Assembly (NCBI GenBank): GCA_017937705.1
Contig: JAGBDC010000029.1
Coordinates: forward strand, 27-64,026
Origin: Alphaproteobacteria bacterium
GTDB taxonomy: Bacteria; Pseudomonadota; Alphaproteobacteria; RF32; CAG-239
DNA: 64,000 nucleotides
Reading direction: 5' to 3'
Under the pieces are notes generated by a model. The model saw nothing but the letters and a program-made list of their open reading frames with translations. It was not told the origin of the DNA and did no database searches. Each line of letters starts with the position of its first letter. The stretch's first letter is position 1. The position numbers and the translations under genes are program-made. Of this stretch, positions 10,196-21,016 are shown piece after piece.

Positions 10196-11106
10196 TTGTT
10201 ATTGCCGGTCCTACTGCTTCGGGAAAATCTCGTTTAGCTATTGATTTAGCTAAGGAGTTAGACGGCATTATTGTTAATGCCGATGCAAGTCAAGTTTATA
10301 GCGGAATACCGATAATTGCCGCTTCTCCATCAATCAAGGACAAACAAGAGGCAGAACATCGCTTATATGAATATTTAGATGTTTCCGCTAACGGAAATGT
10401 TTATGATTGGTTGGATAAAGCAGTATCTGAAATTCGCTCAATTTGGCGTGATGGGAAATTGCCGATAGTTGTCGGAGGCGGGGGACTGTATCTTGATAAT
10501 TTGATTAACGGAACAACACCGATTCCGAATGTTAAACCGGAAATTCGTGAAGAAATAATGTCTTTTTTAGAACAAAACGGGGTTGAAAGTTTGTATGAAA
10601 GACTAAAACAAGAAGATGCAGAAGCGGCAAAAATGTTAAAGCCTAATGACACAACTCGTGTTAGGAGGGCATTAGAGATTTTTTATTCTACCGGAATCTC
10701 GATATCAGAATGGTACAAGAAACCGATGGTTCAAAAAATACCCGAAGCCGAGTTTTTAACAATAGCACTTTTGCCGGATAAAAAATTTTTGGACGAGAGA
10801 TGTGACACACGTTTTGAAAAAATGCTTAATTTAGGAGCTGTTGATGAAGTTAAGTATTTAATAAGTCGCAATCTTTCATCTGATTTACCTGCAATGCGAG
10901 CTAAAGGTGTGCCGGAGTTAATAGAAGCAATACAAGGAAAAATTACTTTTGATGAAGCTGTCGATTTGGCAAAAATTCACACCCGACAATATGCTAAACG
11001 ACAGTTAACATGGTTTAGAAATAAACTGAAAGCGGATATTGTTTTCAAAGATTGTTATATCGGTCAAAAAGATTTTATAAATGATGTTAAAAAACAATAT
11101 AAATGA
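10180..11106 (+). CDS. miaA: tRNA dimethylallyltransferase
   Basis: P-loop GPTASGKS, VGGGGLY, and YAKRQLTWFRN. Confidence 0.93.
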   Translation: MPKNVIVIAGPTASGKSRLAIDLAKELDGIIVNADASQVYSGIPIIAASPSIKDKQEAEHRLYEYLDVSANGNVYDWLDKAVSEIRSIWRDGKLPIVVGGGGLYLDNLINGTTPIPNVKPEIREEIMSFLEQNGVESLYERLKQEDAEAAKMLKPNDTTRVRRALEIFYSTGISISEWYKKPMVQKIPEAEFLTIALLPDKKFLDERCDTRFEKMLNLGAVDEVKYLISRNLSSDLPAMRAKGVPELIEAIQGKITFDEAVDLAKIHTRQYAKRQLTWFRNKLKADIVFKDCYIGQKDFINDVKKQYK

Positions 11107-11178
11107 TTGCACAAATTGATGTAATGTTATAAAAAGTAACTAAATTTATAATAAAAATATAATTCGGAGAAGATGTAA

Positions 11179-12222
<1,044 letters not shown>

Positions 12223-12225
12223 ATA

Positions 12226-12252
12226 AAAAACTCTCCTTTGGGAGAGTTTTTT
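12226..12252. terminator. Bidirectional hairpin terminator between mreB and the convergent gene
   Basis: aaaaa-CTCTCC-tttg-GGAGAG-tttttt. Confidence 0.7.
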
Positions 12253-12253
12253 A

Positions 12254-12787
12254 TTATTCAACTCTAAATGACAAGCTGTCGGACATTTTTTGCAAATCAA
12301 TTTCTAACTGCTCATTTTTCGGTAAATTTCCGGTTTGTGATAGAACTTGTAAATCTTTTTCATAAGCTTTTTCTTTGGCGAGGTACTGTTCATTTTTTGA
12401 CAGCTCATCTCCTAATCCGTCTTGCAAAGAATATTCGGTTTCAATTTTCGGAGCTTTTTTCTTTTTGATATTTTCCTCGTCAGGTAAAGCAAATGCAACA
12501 ACCGGTTTTTTTATTATCAAGGGCATTATAACTTCTTTTACTCTTGGTTGTTTTTCTTCATCTTCTGCATCGTTTTCTTCAAATGTTTTTACCATAACAC
12601 GACCTTTGCTTACTTTAATAGCTCCACTCTCAATTGCCGGAAAACTGGGGAGTTTTTCTTGAGGATTTAACTCTTTTGTCGGAATAAAAAAATCCGGTTG
12701 CACTTGTTTGCGAACATATTGTTGCGCATTTACATTTAAAGATGTAAAAACGAAAACACCTGACAATAAAATAACAAATTTATTCAT
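12254..12787 (-). CDS. Exported hypothetical protein
   Basis: Signal peptide MNKFVILLSGVFVFTSLNVNA. Low-complexity Lys/Glu-rich mature part. Confidence 0.6.
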   Translation of the reverse strand: MNKFVILLSGVFVFTSLNVNAQQYVRKQVQPDFFIPTKELNPQEKLPSFPAIESGAIKVSKGRVMVKTFEENDAEDEEKQPRVKEVIMPLIIKKPVVAFALPDEENIKKKKAPKIETEYSLQDGLGDELSKNEQYLAKEKAYEKDLQVLSQTGNLPKNEQLEIDLQKMSDSLSFRVE

Positions 12788-12836
12788 TTTTTTCTCTTAA
12801 ACTTAATATTAACGAATATTATGTAAGATAGCATAC

Positions 12837-13562
12837 ATGAAAAATTTAGTTTTGACATCAATAATTTGCATTTTTTCGATAATAAACGGTGTAAACGCAT
12901 CAGAAACCGTTGAAGATGCTATTGTAGAAGAGGAAAAAACAGTTCCTGAAGAAAAAGTTGTAGATCCTTGTGAACGTTTTTATGTTATAAAACCACAACT
13001 CAATTTTCGTAGTTCATACGGAGAACTTACATATAATCACGATTATGACCAAGAAAACTTGGACATTCTGTCTGAGCAAGGAATAACAAAGGAAGAGGGA
13101 ATGTTTACAGCAGGACTTTCACTTTTAGATGTTGATTGGTCCGTATCTCTAAACACCATAACAAGAGATGTAGGAGAGCATACTTGCGTAATTCCTGCCA
13201 GTTTAGATGTTTTTGTCGGTTACCGTAATCCGGTTATATATATAAGTAGCGATATCGAAGAGGATACTTGCGAATATAAACTGATAAAACGTCACGAACA
13301 ACAACATCAACAAATAAATGTTTCGGTTTTAGAACATTATCTTCCAACAATAAAAAAAGCTTTCGAAAATGAACTCTCTGTTTTGAAGGCAAAAGTTGTC
13401 GAAGATGATAAAACATCTGACGATATAACCGACGAAATGAATTCCGAATATGTATTTGCGGTTCGCCCAATAGTTAATCGTTTTCAAATAACATTACAAT
13501 TAGAACATGAACATTTAGATACTCGTGAAAACTATGAATATGAAAGTAATTTATGCAAATAA
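12837..13562 (+). CDS. Exported hypothetical protein with an HExxH motif
   Basis: Signal peptide (SIINGVNASE) and HEQQH in KRHEQQHQQINV. Possibly a DUF922-like metallopeptidase fold; not verified. Confidence 0.6.
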   Translation: MKNLVLTSIICIFSIINGVNASETVEDAIVEEEKTVPEEKVVDPCERFYVIKPQLNFRSSYGELTYNHDYDQENLDILSEQGITKEEGMFTAGLSLLDVDWSVSLNTITRDVGEHTCVIPASLDVFVGYRNPVIYISSDIEEDTCEYKLIKRHEQQHQQINVSVLEHYLPTIKKAFENELSVLKAKVVEDDKTSDDITDEMNSEYVFAVRPIVNRFQITLQLEHEHLDTRENYEYESNLCK

Positions 13563-13563
13563 A

Positions 13564-15294
13564 TTACAAATTATAAGAAGCCTCTATCATTTTCATTCTT
13601 TTATCATCTATATCATAATTTGCCCTAAGATTTAATTGCGGAGCTATTGTTGCGATAATCTCTCCGGCAGTAGGAACAGCATTCCAGCCGGATGTTGCAA
13701 ACCATTTAGTTTCTTCACTGGCCTTTGGTTCGTCTATAACAACCAACAATGCGTACTTAGGATTAGAAGCCGGAAAAGTTGCTAAAAATGAATTGCAATT
13801 GACTCCGCTGGCATATTTACCATTAATTATCTTTGTCGCGGTACCTGTTTTTCCGGCAACTTCATAACCGATGACATTGGCGTTTTTACCCGAACCTTTG
13901 GTGACAACCGCTCGCAAAAGCTTTCTCATTTTTTCTGAAGTTTCAGTAGTCAATATTTTTCGGCCTTGCGGTTGTCTTTGTTGTTTAATCAGTGTCGGAT
14001 TATAATATGTTCCACCATTTACAACAGCAGAGAAAGCTGAAACTAAGTGTAACGGAGTGACTGAAATACCGTGTCCGTATCCGACTGTTGCAACAGTCCC
14101 GTCTTGCCATTTTCCTTGAGGAAACAAAGGCTTTTCTTTTTCCGCAATTTCAAAATTTTCGATTTTTTCAGAGAAACCGAAGTTTTTCAAGTAAGTTTTT
14201 TGAATATCTCTTCCTATGCGCAAGGCAACACGAGCCGAACCAATGTTAGAAGAATGTACCAAAATTTCTTGCAAATCCAACCAACGATTTTCGCCTCTAT
14301 AATCTTTGATAGTGTCATATTTGCTGACAACAAAAGGTTTGGTGGCATCAAATTTTTCTTTTAAATTTACTTTGCCGCTTTCTAATCCGATTGCGGTATT
14401 AAAAACTTTCATTACAGAACCGGGTTCATAAACTTTTTGAGTTGCAATATTTGAATTTGGAGCTTCATTATTGGGATTAAAGTCAGGCAAAGAGACCATT
14501 GAAATAATTTCACCTGTATTTACATCCATTAAAATAGCAGTAGCACCGATTGCTTGATATTTTTTCATTGCATTGTACAGTTTTCCGCGGACAGTATCTT
14601 GTATTCCTGTATCTACACTTAGCTGTAAGGGAATTTCAGAAGTTGTTAAACGTTTATTTAATCCTCGTTCAATTCCTGATTGCGCATTATTATCAACACT
14701 AACTTTTCCCAATACATGAGCAAATAGGTTTTCATGCGGATATATTCTTTTTTCATTATCATCGAAATTCAATCCGGTTATTCCTAAAGCATATATATCA
14801 TACTTTTGAGCTAAAGATATATTTCTTTTTATATAAACAAATTTTGCATCTTTGGAAAGTTTTGACAAGATATCTTCGTAAGATAAATCGCTGAAATATT
14901 CGCTGAGACGTAGTGCAACTTCTTCTTTGTTTTTTATTTGATGAGGGTGTGCACCCAAATGAATTGTAGGTATAGATGTAGCAATTATAGTGTTATTTCT
15001 ATCAGTTACATCAGCTCTTTTTAAATTGGTTTTTATCTCTACCTGTGGCAAAGGTTTAATTTCTTCCGTTTCTGATTTCGGCTCATAGCCGCTTATACAT
15101 AACAGAAAAGTTCTCACGGTAATTGTAAAAAATAAAGCAATCATAGTTGTTATGGCTAACAACATACGAAATCTGCACTTTATCATAGGATCATTTTCTT
15201 CAATACATCCTTTGGAGTAAGCAGATTTATTTACTTTAATTTCTTCTCCGGGTAAGTAAAATTTTTCTTTTTTTCGAAACAGAATGCTCATCAT
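13564..15294 (-). CDS. ftsI: Penicillin-binding protein (FtsI/PBP3-type transpeptidase)
   Basis: SxxK (GSVMK), SxN (HSSNIG) and KTG (AGKTGTA) motifs. N-terminal TM helix. Sits after ftsL in the dcw cluster. Confidence 0.9.
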   Translation of the reverse strand: MMSILFRKKEKFYLPGEEIKVNKSAYSKGCIEENDPMIKCRFRMLLAITTMIALFFTITVRTFLLCISGYEPKSETEEIKPLPQVEIKTNLKRADVTDRNNTIIATSIPTIHLGAHPHQIKNKEEVALRLSEYFSDLSYEDILSKLSKDAKFVYIKRNISLAQKYDIYALGITGLNFDDNEKRIYPHENLFAHVLGKVSVDNNAQSGIERGLNKRLTTSEIPLQLSVDTGIQDTVRGKLYNAMKKYQAIGATAILMDVNTGEIISMVSLPDFNPNNEAPNSNIATQKVYEPGSVMKVFNTAIGLESGKVNLKEKFDATKPFVVSKYDTIKDYRGENRWLDLQEILVHSSNIGSARVALRIGRDIQKTYLKNFGFSEKIENFEIAEKEKPLFPQGKWQDGTVATVGYGHGISVTPLHLVSAFSAVVNGGTYYNPTLIKQQRQPQGRKILTTETSEKMRKLLRAVVTKGSGKNANVIGYEVAGKTGTATKIINGKYASGVNCNSFLATFPASNPKYALLVVIDEPKASEETKWFATSGWNAVPTAGEIIATIAPQLNLRANYDIDDKRMKMIEASYNL

Positions 15295-15299
15295 TTCCT

Positions 15300-15695
15300 C
15301 TATCTTTGAGCTTTAGCAAGTCTTCTTAGTTCTCTGTTTTCGTTGGCGATATTGCTTATATTTCGACGAGCGGTTGCTTTTCGAGGATCGGCATTATCTT
15401 CATATTCAAAAGGTAATGCGGCATAATTTATAATTTGCTCTGCCTTCGCCGGCTCCAATTCGATATGCTTTGCCGCAAGTCTGCGCAATCTTTCTGGACT
15501 ATTTAAATGACTCCATTCCGCCTTAAGAATATGAATGGATTTCACATCGTTATTAATGCTTTCATTAATACTTTTTAACTCTTTTTCCAAACTTTCTACG
15601 CTGTTTTTGATAATAAAATTACCAAACATTGCAAATGCAACAAATATAACCAATATTACATTTACACACAAACCTGCTGATTTTATATTATTCAT
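15300..15695 (-). CDS. ftsL: Cell division protein FtsL-like
   Basis: 131 aa, one TM helix, LKAEWSHLNSPERLRRLA motif. Lies between rsmH and ftsI. Confidence 0.7.
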   Translation of the reverse strand: MNNIKSAGLCVNVILVIFVAFAMFGNFIIKNSVESLEKELKSINESINNDVKSIHILKAEWSHLNSPERLRRLAAKHIELEPAKAEQIINYAALPFEYEDNADPRKATARRNISNIANENRELRRLAKAQR

Positions 15696-15696
15696 T

Positions 15697-16611
15697 TTAG
15701 GCCTCCGTAGTTTTGGTTGCGTATCGCATTTTAGCAGAATGAGCTCTGGAATTGTTTTCTACTTCTTCTTTAGACGGCAAAATTGCCTTTGAACAATTCT
15801 CAAGTTCTGCTTTAACAGATACATTAACAGCAGGCATATAACGAGAAACATTTGCCTGTTTACCTGCTTTTTTGTTAAAAAAGTTTTTTACAATTCTGTC
15901 CTCAAGCGAATGAAAAGTAACAACGACAATTTTACCGCCGGATTTCAAAATAGAAAGTCCTTGAGAAAGACCTCTTTCCAATTCTCCGAGTTCATCGTTA
16001 ACTGCAATTCTTAATGCTTGAAATGTTCTGGTCGCCGGATCCGGTTGTCCGGGCTTTTTATAAATTACCTGATAGATTACTTCTGCCAATTCTTTTGTTG
16101 TTTTAATTGGTGCTTTTTGGCGTTCGACACATATTTTGGCTGCAATCTGACGAGATTTTCGCTCTTCTCCATATTGATAAATTATATCAGCCAATTCTTT
16201 TTCAGCTGTGTTATTTACAATATCGTACGCACTAATTCCTTCGCATGACATTCTCATATCAAGAGCAGCATCTTTAGAATAAGAAAATCCTCTTTCAGCT
16301 TCATCTAACTGCATAGAAGAAACACCGATATCAAATACGATGCCGTCAATTTTTTCTTCTACTAAATCAGCAACATTGCCAAAGCAACCGGATCTGAAAT
16401 CAAATCTGTCACCATAGACGTTCTTCAATTCTTTTGCTCTGTTGACAACATTAGGATCTCTGTCAATGGATATAACCTTGCAATTGGCACTTTTTAATAT
16501 TGCTTCCGTATATCCGCCATTACCAAACGTTGCATCAACATATACCTTTCCGTCGGTCGGATTTAAGGCTTGTAAAACTTCATCTAACATAACAGGTATA
16601 TGTTTTGCCAT
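15697..16611 (-). CDS. rsmH: 16S rRNA (cytosine1402-N4)-methyltransferase
   Basis: HIPVMLDEVL, DATFGNGGYT, and FHSLEDRIVK. Confidence 0.95.
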   Translation of the reverse strand: MAKHIPVMLDEVLQALNPTDGKVYVDATFGNGGYTEAILKSANCKVISIDRDPNVVNRAKELKNVYGDRFDFRSGCFGNVADLVEEKIDGIVFDIGVSSMQLDEAERGFSYSKDAALDMRMSCEGISAYDIVNNTAEKELADIIYQYGEERKSRQIAAKICVERQKAPIKTTKELAEVIYQVIYKKPGQPDPATRTFQALRIAVNDELGELERGLSQGLSILKSGGKIVVVTFHSLEDRIVKNFFNKKAGKQANVSRYMPAVNVSVKAELENCSKAILPSKEEVENNSRAHSAKMRYATKTTEA

Positions 16612-16614
16612 TGA

Positions 16615-17079
16615 TCACATTCCTCCTTTATTGCCGAGGGAGGGACGATTTTTGAAAATTTCAGCTCTTATGCGAGCTTCTTCTTTTTCCCAATTTTCAG
16701 GGTTCCAAATTTGAAATTTGCGGCCTTTGCCAACAAATACGGCAGTATCGGTAATTTGGGCATGTTTTAAAAGTTTTTCTGTTAGTAAGATTCGTCCGGT
16801 ACTGTCAAAACTGAAACGACGGGCATCTCCGAAAATGAGGTTCGTTAATTCGTCTTGTGTTTGAGAAAAGAAGTCGAGAGATGTTTCCATGTCCGAAGCG
16901 ATTTTTTCTAACAATTCTTCGGCACATCCTTCAATACAAGGGGAATTAAGACTACGATAACAAACAATTTCCGTTGATAATTCTTTAACTATTGCTCGAT
17001 AGTCTGAAGGGAGTGAAACACGACCTTTGGTGTCCACTTTGTTTATTATTGTGTCCATAAAGAGAAAAGTTTTTCTCAC
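16615..17079 (-). CDS. mraZ: Transcriptional regulator MraZ
   Basis: Two DxxGR repeats (VDTKGRVSLP and DSTGRILL). First gene of the dcw cluster. Confidence 0.9.
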   Translation of the reverse strand: MRKTFLFMDTIINKVDTKGRVSLPSDYRAIVKELSTEIVCYRSLNSPCIEGCAEELLEKIASDMETSLDFFSQTQDELTNLIFGDARRFSFDSTGRILLTEKLLKHAQITDTAVFVGKGRKFQIWNPENWEKEEARIRAEIFKNRPSLGNKGGM

Positions 17080-17124
17080 TTTTTTACCCTTTTAAAATAT
17101 TACCCTTCTTTGCATGGTATATCA

Positions 17125-17149
17125 TGGGATTTTTTGGGAATCAATGGGA
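17125..17149. promoter_or_regulatory. Three TGGGA direct repeats at 10-bp spacing upstream of mraZ (candidate MraZ operator)
   Basis: TGGGA at 17125, 17135 and 17145, about 46-70 nt upstream of the mraZ start. The repeats read on the strand opposite to mraZ. Confidence 0.45.
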
Positions 17150-17310
17150 AATTTTAGTATTTTATGTGGTGTTCGTGTTTTGTTCGTAGTTTGTTGTTTT
17201 TTTTGTGCTTTGTAATCGTTGAAAATTAATGGTTCGATAAAATTTTGGATATAATTAAAAAAAATAAAAAATATCTTGCTTTTAATGGGGAATATATTAA
17301 TTTTATACAC

Positions 17311-17693
17311 AGGCAGCCGGATAGCTGCATTGCAGAATGTAAAATCTGTTAATGAGGAAAGTCCGGGCTTCATGGAAACAAAGCACCAGATAATGTCTGG
17401 CTGGAGAAATCCAAGGGAAAGTGCCACAGAAAGTTACCGCCAAGCAAGTTTTGGTAAGGTTGAAAAGGCGAGGTAAGAGCTCACCGCAGAAACAGCAATG
17501 TTTCTGGCAAGGTAAACCCTGTTTGAAGCAAGACCAAATTAGGAGAGCCGTTATGGTTAAGGATAGTTTCCAATCCGCTCCAGAGGTAGGTCGCGTTGAG
17601 CATTACAGCGATGTGATGCCAAGATGAATAGCTATCATTTCAAACTTTTCGCAAGAATGGTTAGAAATACAGAACCCGGCTTATAGGCTGCCT
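17311..17693 (+). ncRNA. rnpB: RNase P RNA, bacterial type A
   Basis: Conserved GAGGAAAGTCCGGGC and ACAGAACCCGGCTTA. P1 pairing AGGCAGCC (17311-17318) with GGCTGCCT (17686-17693). The ORFs called here are spurious. Confidence 0.9.
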
Positions 17694-17728
17694 AATTTTA
17701 TTTATCTTTGACAAACGGGAGTTTAATA

Positions 17729-18583
17729 ATGTTTCAAACTACATTTGCCATTTCAGCAGAAATTAAAGGTGTCGGTCTGCACTCGGGATTGGAATCTAAA
17801 ATGACGTTTTATCCGGCAGAGCCCGATAGTGGAATAGTTTTTGTTCGTTCGGATTTGCCTGATAAACCCAAAATTCCGGCATTATATTCAAATGTAGTTG
17901 ATACTCGTAATTGCACATGTTTAGGTGATAAAAACAAAAATATAGTTAGCACGATAGAACATTTAATGAGTGTCCTTTACATCATGGGTGTTGATAATGC
18001 GATTATTGAAGTTTCAAATCCCGAATTGCCGATTATGGACGGAAGCGCGGAGGAGATATATAACAGGTTAAAAGAAGTTCCGTTGAGAGAACAGCGTGTT
18101 AAAAAGAAGTTCCTTAAAGTTCTGAAAGAGGTTAGTTACACTGATGATAAAGGTAATACTATATCTTTAGCTCCTTCTTCTCACGGCTTGAGAATAAATT
18201 TTGAAATCGAGTTTCCTTCACCGATTGTCGGGCATCAAGAATTTCATGGTAGAATTGAAGAAAATATTTATGCCTTAGAGATAGCTCCATGCCGTACTTT
18301 TTGTGAAAAAAGTCAAGTTGATTACTTAAAGTCAATAGGCTTGATAAAAGGAGGAAATTTAGGAAATGCCTTGGTATTAGATGGTGATACCGTATTAAAT
18401 AGCGGAGGAATGAAACATCCGAATGAATGTGTAAATCATAAGGTTTTAGATGCAATCGGAGATATGTATACTTCCGGATATAGTATTATCGGCGAATTAA
18501 CGGCATCGAAAACTGGACATTTTCATAATAACGAAGTATTAAAAGTATTGTTTAGTGATGAATCAAATTATGAGTTGGTATAA
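17729..18583 (+). CDS. lpxC: UDP-3-O-acyl-GlcNAc deacetylase
   Basis: GVGLHSG, TIEHLMSVL, and HKVLDAIGDM. I prefer the ATG at 17729, preceded by GGGAG, over the upstream TTG at 17708. Confidence 0.93.
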   Translation: MFQTTFAISAEIKGVGLHSGLESKMTFYPAEPDSGIVFVRSDLPDKPKIPALYSNVVDTRNCTCLGDKNKNIVSTIEHLMSVLYIMGVDNAIIEVSNPELPIMDGSAEEIYNRLKEVPLREQRVKKKFLKVLKEVSYTDDKGNTISLAPSSHGLRINFEIEFPSPIVGHQEFHGRIEENIYALEIAPCRTFCEKSQVDYLKSIGLIKGGNLGNALVLDGDTVLNSGGMKHPNECVNHKVLDAIGDMYTSGYSIIGELTASKTGHFHNNEVLKVLFSDESNYELV

Positions 18584-18585
18584 AA

Positions 18586-19329
18586 ATGTTGAAAATTAAA
18601 TTGTTTTTATTGGCTTTTTTATCAGTTGCTTTGTTAAACGGTTGTGCTTCAACCTCAAACGAAGATGAACATTTGTCCGTTGAACAACTTTATAATCGCG
18701 GACACGATTTGTTGGCGAAAACAAAATATAAAAAAGCGGCAGAAACCTTTGAACAAGTAGAGCTGGAATATCCTTATTCTCGTTGGGCAACGGAGTCAAA
18801 ATTAATGAGCGCTTATGCTTATTATAAAAATGAAAATTATGATGAAGCAATAATGGCACTTGATCGCTTTATCCGTTTTCATCCCGGTAATGAAAATATT
18901 GCCTATGCATACTATTTGAAAGCAATCAGCTATTTTGACCAAATTTCTGATGTAAACAGAGACCAAGGGGAAACAACAAATGCTCTTGATGCAATGAATC
19001 AGTTAACTATGCGTTTCCCAACGACAAAATATGCTGAAGATGTTAAGCAAAAAATTATTTTTGCAACAGATAATCTGGCCGGTCAGGAAATGGAAGTAGG
19101 GCGCTACTATTTGAAACATCACAATTATTTGTCAGCCCTTAATCGTTTTTCAAATGTTGTTACAAAATATCAAACAACCAATTATATTGAAGAAGCTCTT
19201 TATCGACAAATTGAAATTTATACGATTTTAGGATTACCTCAAGAAGCTACGGCAGCATATCAGGTGTTGAAATACAATCATCCTAAAAGTAAATGGACAA
19301 GAAAAGCTTCTAAAATTATAAAAGGCTAA
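18586..19329 (+). CDS. bamD: Outer membrane protein assembly factor BamD
   Basis: Lipobox LLNGC and TPR-like repeats. YfiO-type layout next to lpxC. Confidence 0.8.
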   Translation: MLKIKLFLLAFLSVALLNGCASTSNEDEHLSVEQLYNRGHDLLAKTKYKKAAETFEQVELEYPYSRWATESKLMSAYAYYKNENYDEAIMALDRFIRFHPGNENIAYAYYLKAISYFDQISDVNRDQGETTNALDAMNQLTMRFPTTKYAEDVKQKIIFATDNLAGQEMEVGRYYLKHHNYLSALNRFSNVVTKYQTTNYIEEALYRQIEIYTILGLPQEATAAYQVLKYNHPKSKWTRKASKIIKG

Positions 19330-19335
19330 GAATAA

Positions 19336-21000
19336 ATGCTTGAGAGCTTGTCTATTCGCAACGTTGTATTGATTGACAAACTTGATTTAGAGTTTGCGAA
19401 TGGTTTGACGATATTAAGCGGAGAAACCGGAGCCGGAAAATCAATTCTTTTGGATTCTTTAGGGTTGGTTTTAGGACAGAGAGCTGATACCTCCCTAATT
19501 AGGCAGGGAGAAGAAAAACTTTCCGTTTCTGCAATATTCTCACTACCTCACCAAGATAGTAAGTTATATTCTATAATGAATGATAATGATATAGATATTG
19601 AAGAAGCAATCGTTATCAAACGCAGTTTAACGATTGATGGAAAAAGTAAAATTTTTATCAATGACCAGCCTGTTTCCTTAAAATTGTTAAAAGAAATAGG
19701 AAATGAGTTGGTGGAAGTTCATGGGCAGTTTGATAATCACGGATTGTTAAATCAATCTAATCATTTATTCATACTTGACAATTATGGAAAATATTCAAAT
19801 TTGCTCAATGAAGTTGCGGAAGCGTTTACACAATATAAACAAACGGTGAAAGAACGCAAATCTGCAGAAAATCAACTTCAAAACAGTAAAACAGAAGAAG
19901 ATAATCTTCGTCATTGGATTGATGAGCTACAAAAGCTTAATCCGTATGAGGGGGAAGAAGAAGAATTAAGTAAAAGAAGAACAGAAATTATTAATTCTGA
20001 AAAATTGGTCGAAAGTCTCAATTATGCCTATGGAAGCATTACGCAAGAAACTGATATAATTTCGGCAATAAGACATGCTCAATCTGCAATAGACAGAGCA
20101 AATTCCATTGTTGACGGTAAATATCAGGACATTGTTGATACTTTAGAGCAAACTCTTATCAATGCCGAAGAAGCAATACGACAAATAGAAGATATCAGTT
20201 CTTCACTTAATTATAATCAAAATGAAGCGGATAGTATCGAACAACGGTTATACGCATTACGAGGAGCTGCTCGCAAACATCAGGTTTTAATTGATGAGTT
20301 GCCTCAAAAACTTGAGGAAATGAAAAAACAGATTGCATCAATTGAATTGGGTGAAGAAGGATTGTTTGACATAATAAAAAAAGAAGAGCAATTACGCCGC
20401 TTATATCTGGAAAAGTCAAAAGAGTTGAGTAAATGCCGAAGAGATACGGCTGTACAGTTGGATAAAAAAGTAATGAATGAACTTGCTCCGCTAAAAATGG
20501 AAAAAGCAAAATTTGTTACTCAAATTGAAGAATTGGAAGAGAATAATTGGAATATAAAAGGTATTGACGATGTTCGATTTTCCGTATCTACTAACCCTAA
20601 TTCTCCGCAAGGTCCGTTAAATAAAATTGCGTCCGGAGGTGAATTGGCCAGATTTATGTTGGCTCTTAAAGTAAATTTAGTTAATTCGGACGACAATATG
20701 ACGATGATTTTTGATGAGGTCGATTCGGGAGTAGGAGGAGCTACAGCTCAAGCCGTAGGGGAAAGATTAGCATGTCTGTCAAAAAAAGTTCAAATTCTGT
20801 TAGTTACCCACTCTCCACAAGTAGCCGCTTGCGGTAAAAATCATTTTAAAGTTGAAAAGAAAACTCAAAATAATATAACTACTACTAATGTATATCAGTT
20901 ATCTCAAAAAGAGAAAGAAGAAGAAATTGCTCGTATGCTTGCCGGTGAACAAATAACCGATGAGGCAAGAGCTGCGGCAAAAGTTTTAATGAAATCATAA
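19336..21000 (+). CDS. recN: DNA repair protein RecN
   Basis: GETGAGKSIL Walker A, long coiled coil, and C-terminal SGGELARFMLAL / IFDEVDSGVGG. Confidence 0.95.
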   Translation: MLESLSIRNVVLIDKLDLEFANGLTILSGETGAGKSILLDSLGLVLGQRADTSLIRQGEEKLSVSAIFSLPHQDSKLYSIMNDNDIDIEEAIVIKRSLTIDGKSKIFINDQPVSLKLLKEIGNELVEVHGQFDNHGLLNQSNHLFILDNYGKYSNLLNEVAEAFTQYKQTVKERKSAENQLQNSKTEEDNLRHWIDELQKLNPYEGEEEELSKRRTEIINSEKLVESLNYAYGSITQETDIISAIRHAQSAIDRANSIVDGKYQDIVDTLEQTLINAEEAIRQIEDISSSLNYNQNEADSIEQRLYALRGAARKHQVLIDELPQKLEEMKKQIASIELGEEGLFDIIKKEEQLRRLYLEKSKELSKCRRDTAVQLDKKVMNELAPLKMEKAKFVTQIEELEENNWNIKGIDDVRFSVSTNPNSPQGPLNKIASGGELARFMLALKVNLVNSDDNMTMIFDEVDSGVGGATAQAVGERLACLSKKVQILLVTHSPQVAACGKNHFKVEKKTQNNITTTNVYQLSQKEKEEEIARMLAGEQITDEARAAAKVLMKS

Positions 21001-21016
21001 AAAAGAGGATAAAAAA

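Noticed and set aside
17122-17627. Three ORFs in the track (17122-17427 minus, 17276-17476 plus, 17421-17627 plus).
   Set aside because: They overlap the RNase P RNA gene and the AT-rich mraZ/rnpB promoter region. The conserved rnpB motifs explain the sequence.
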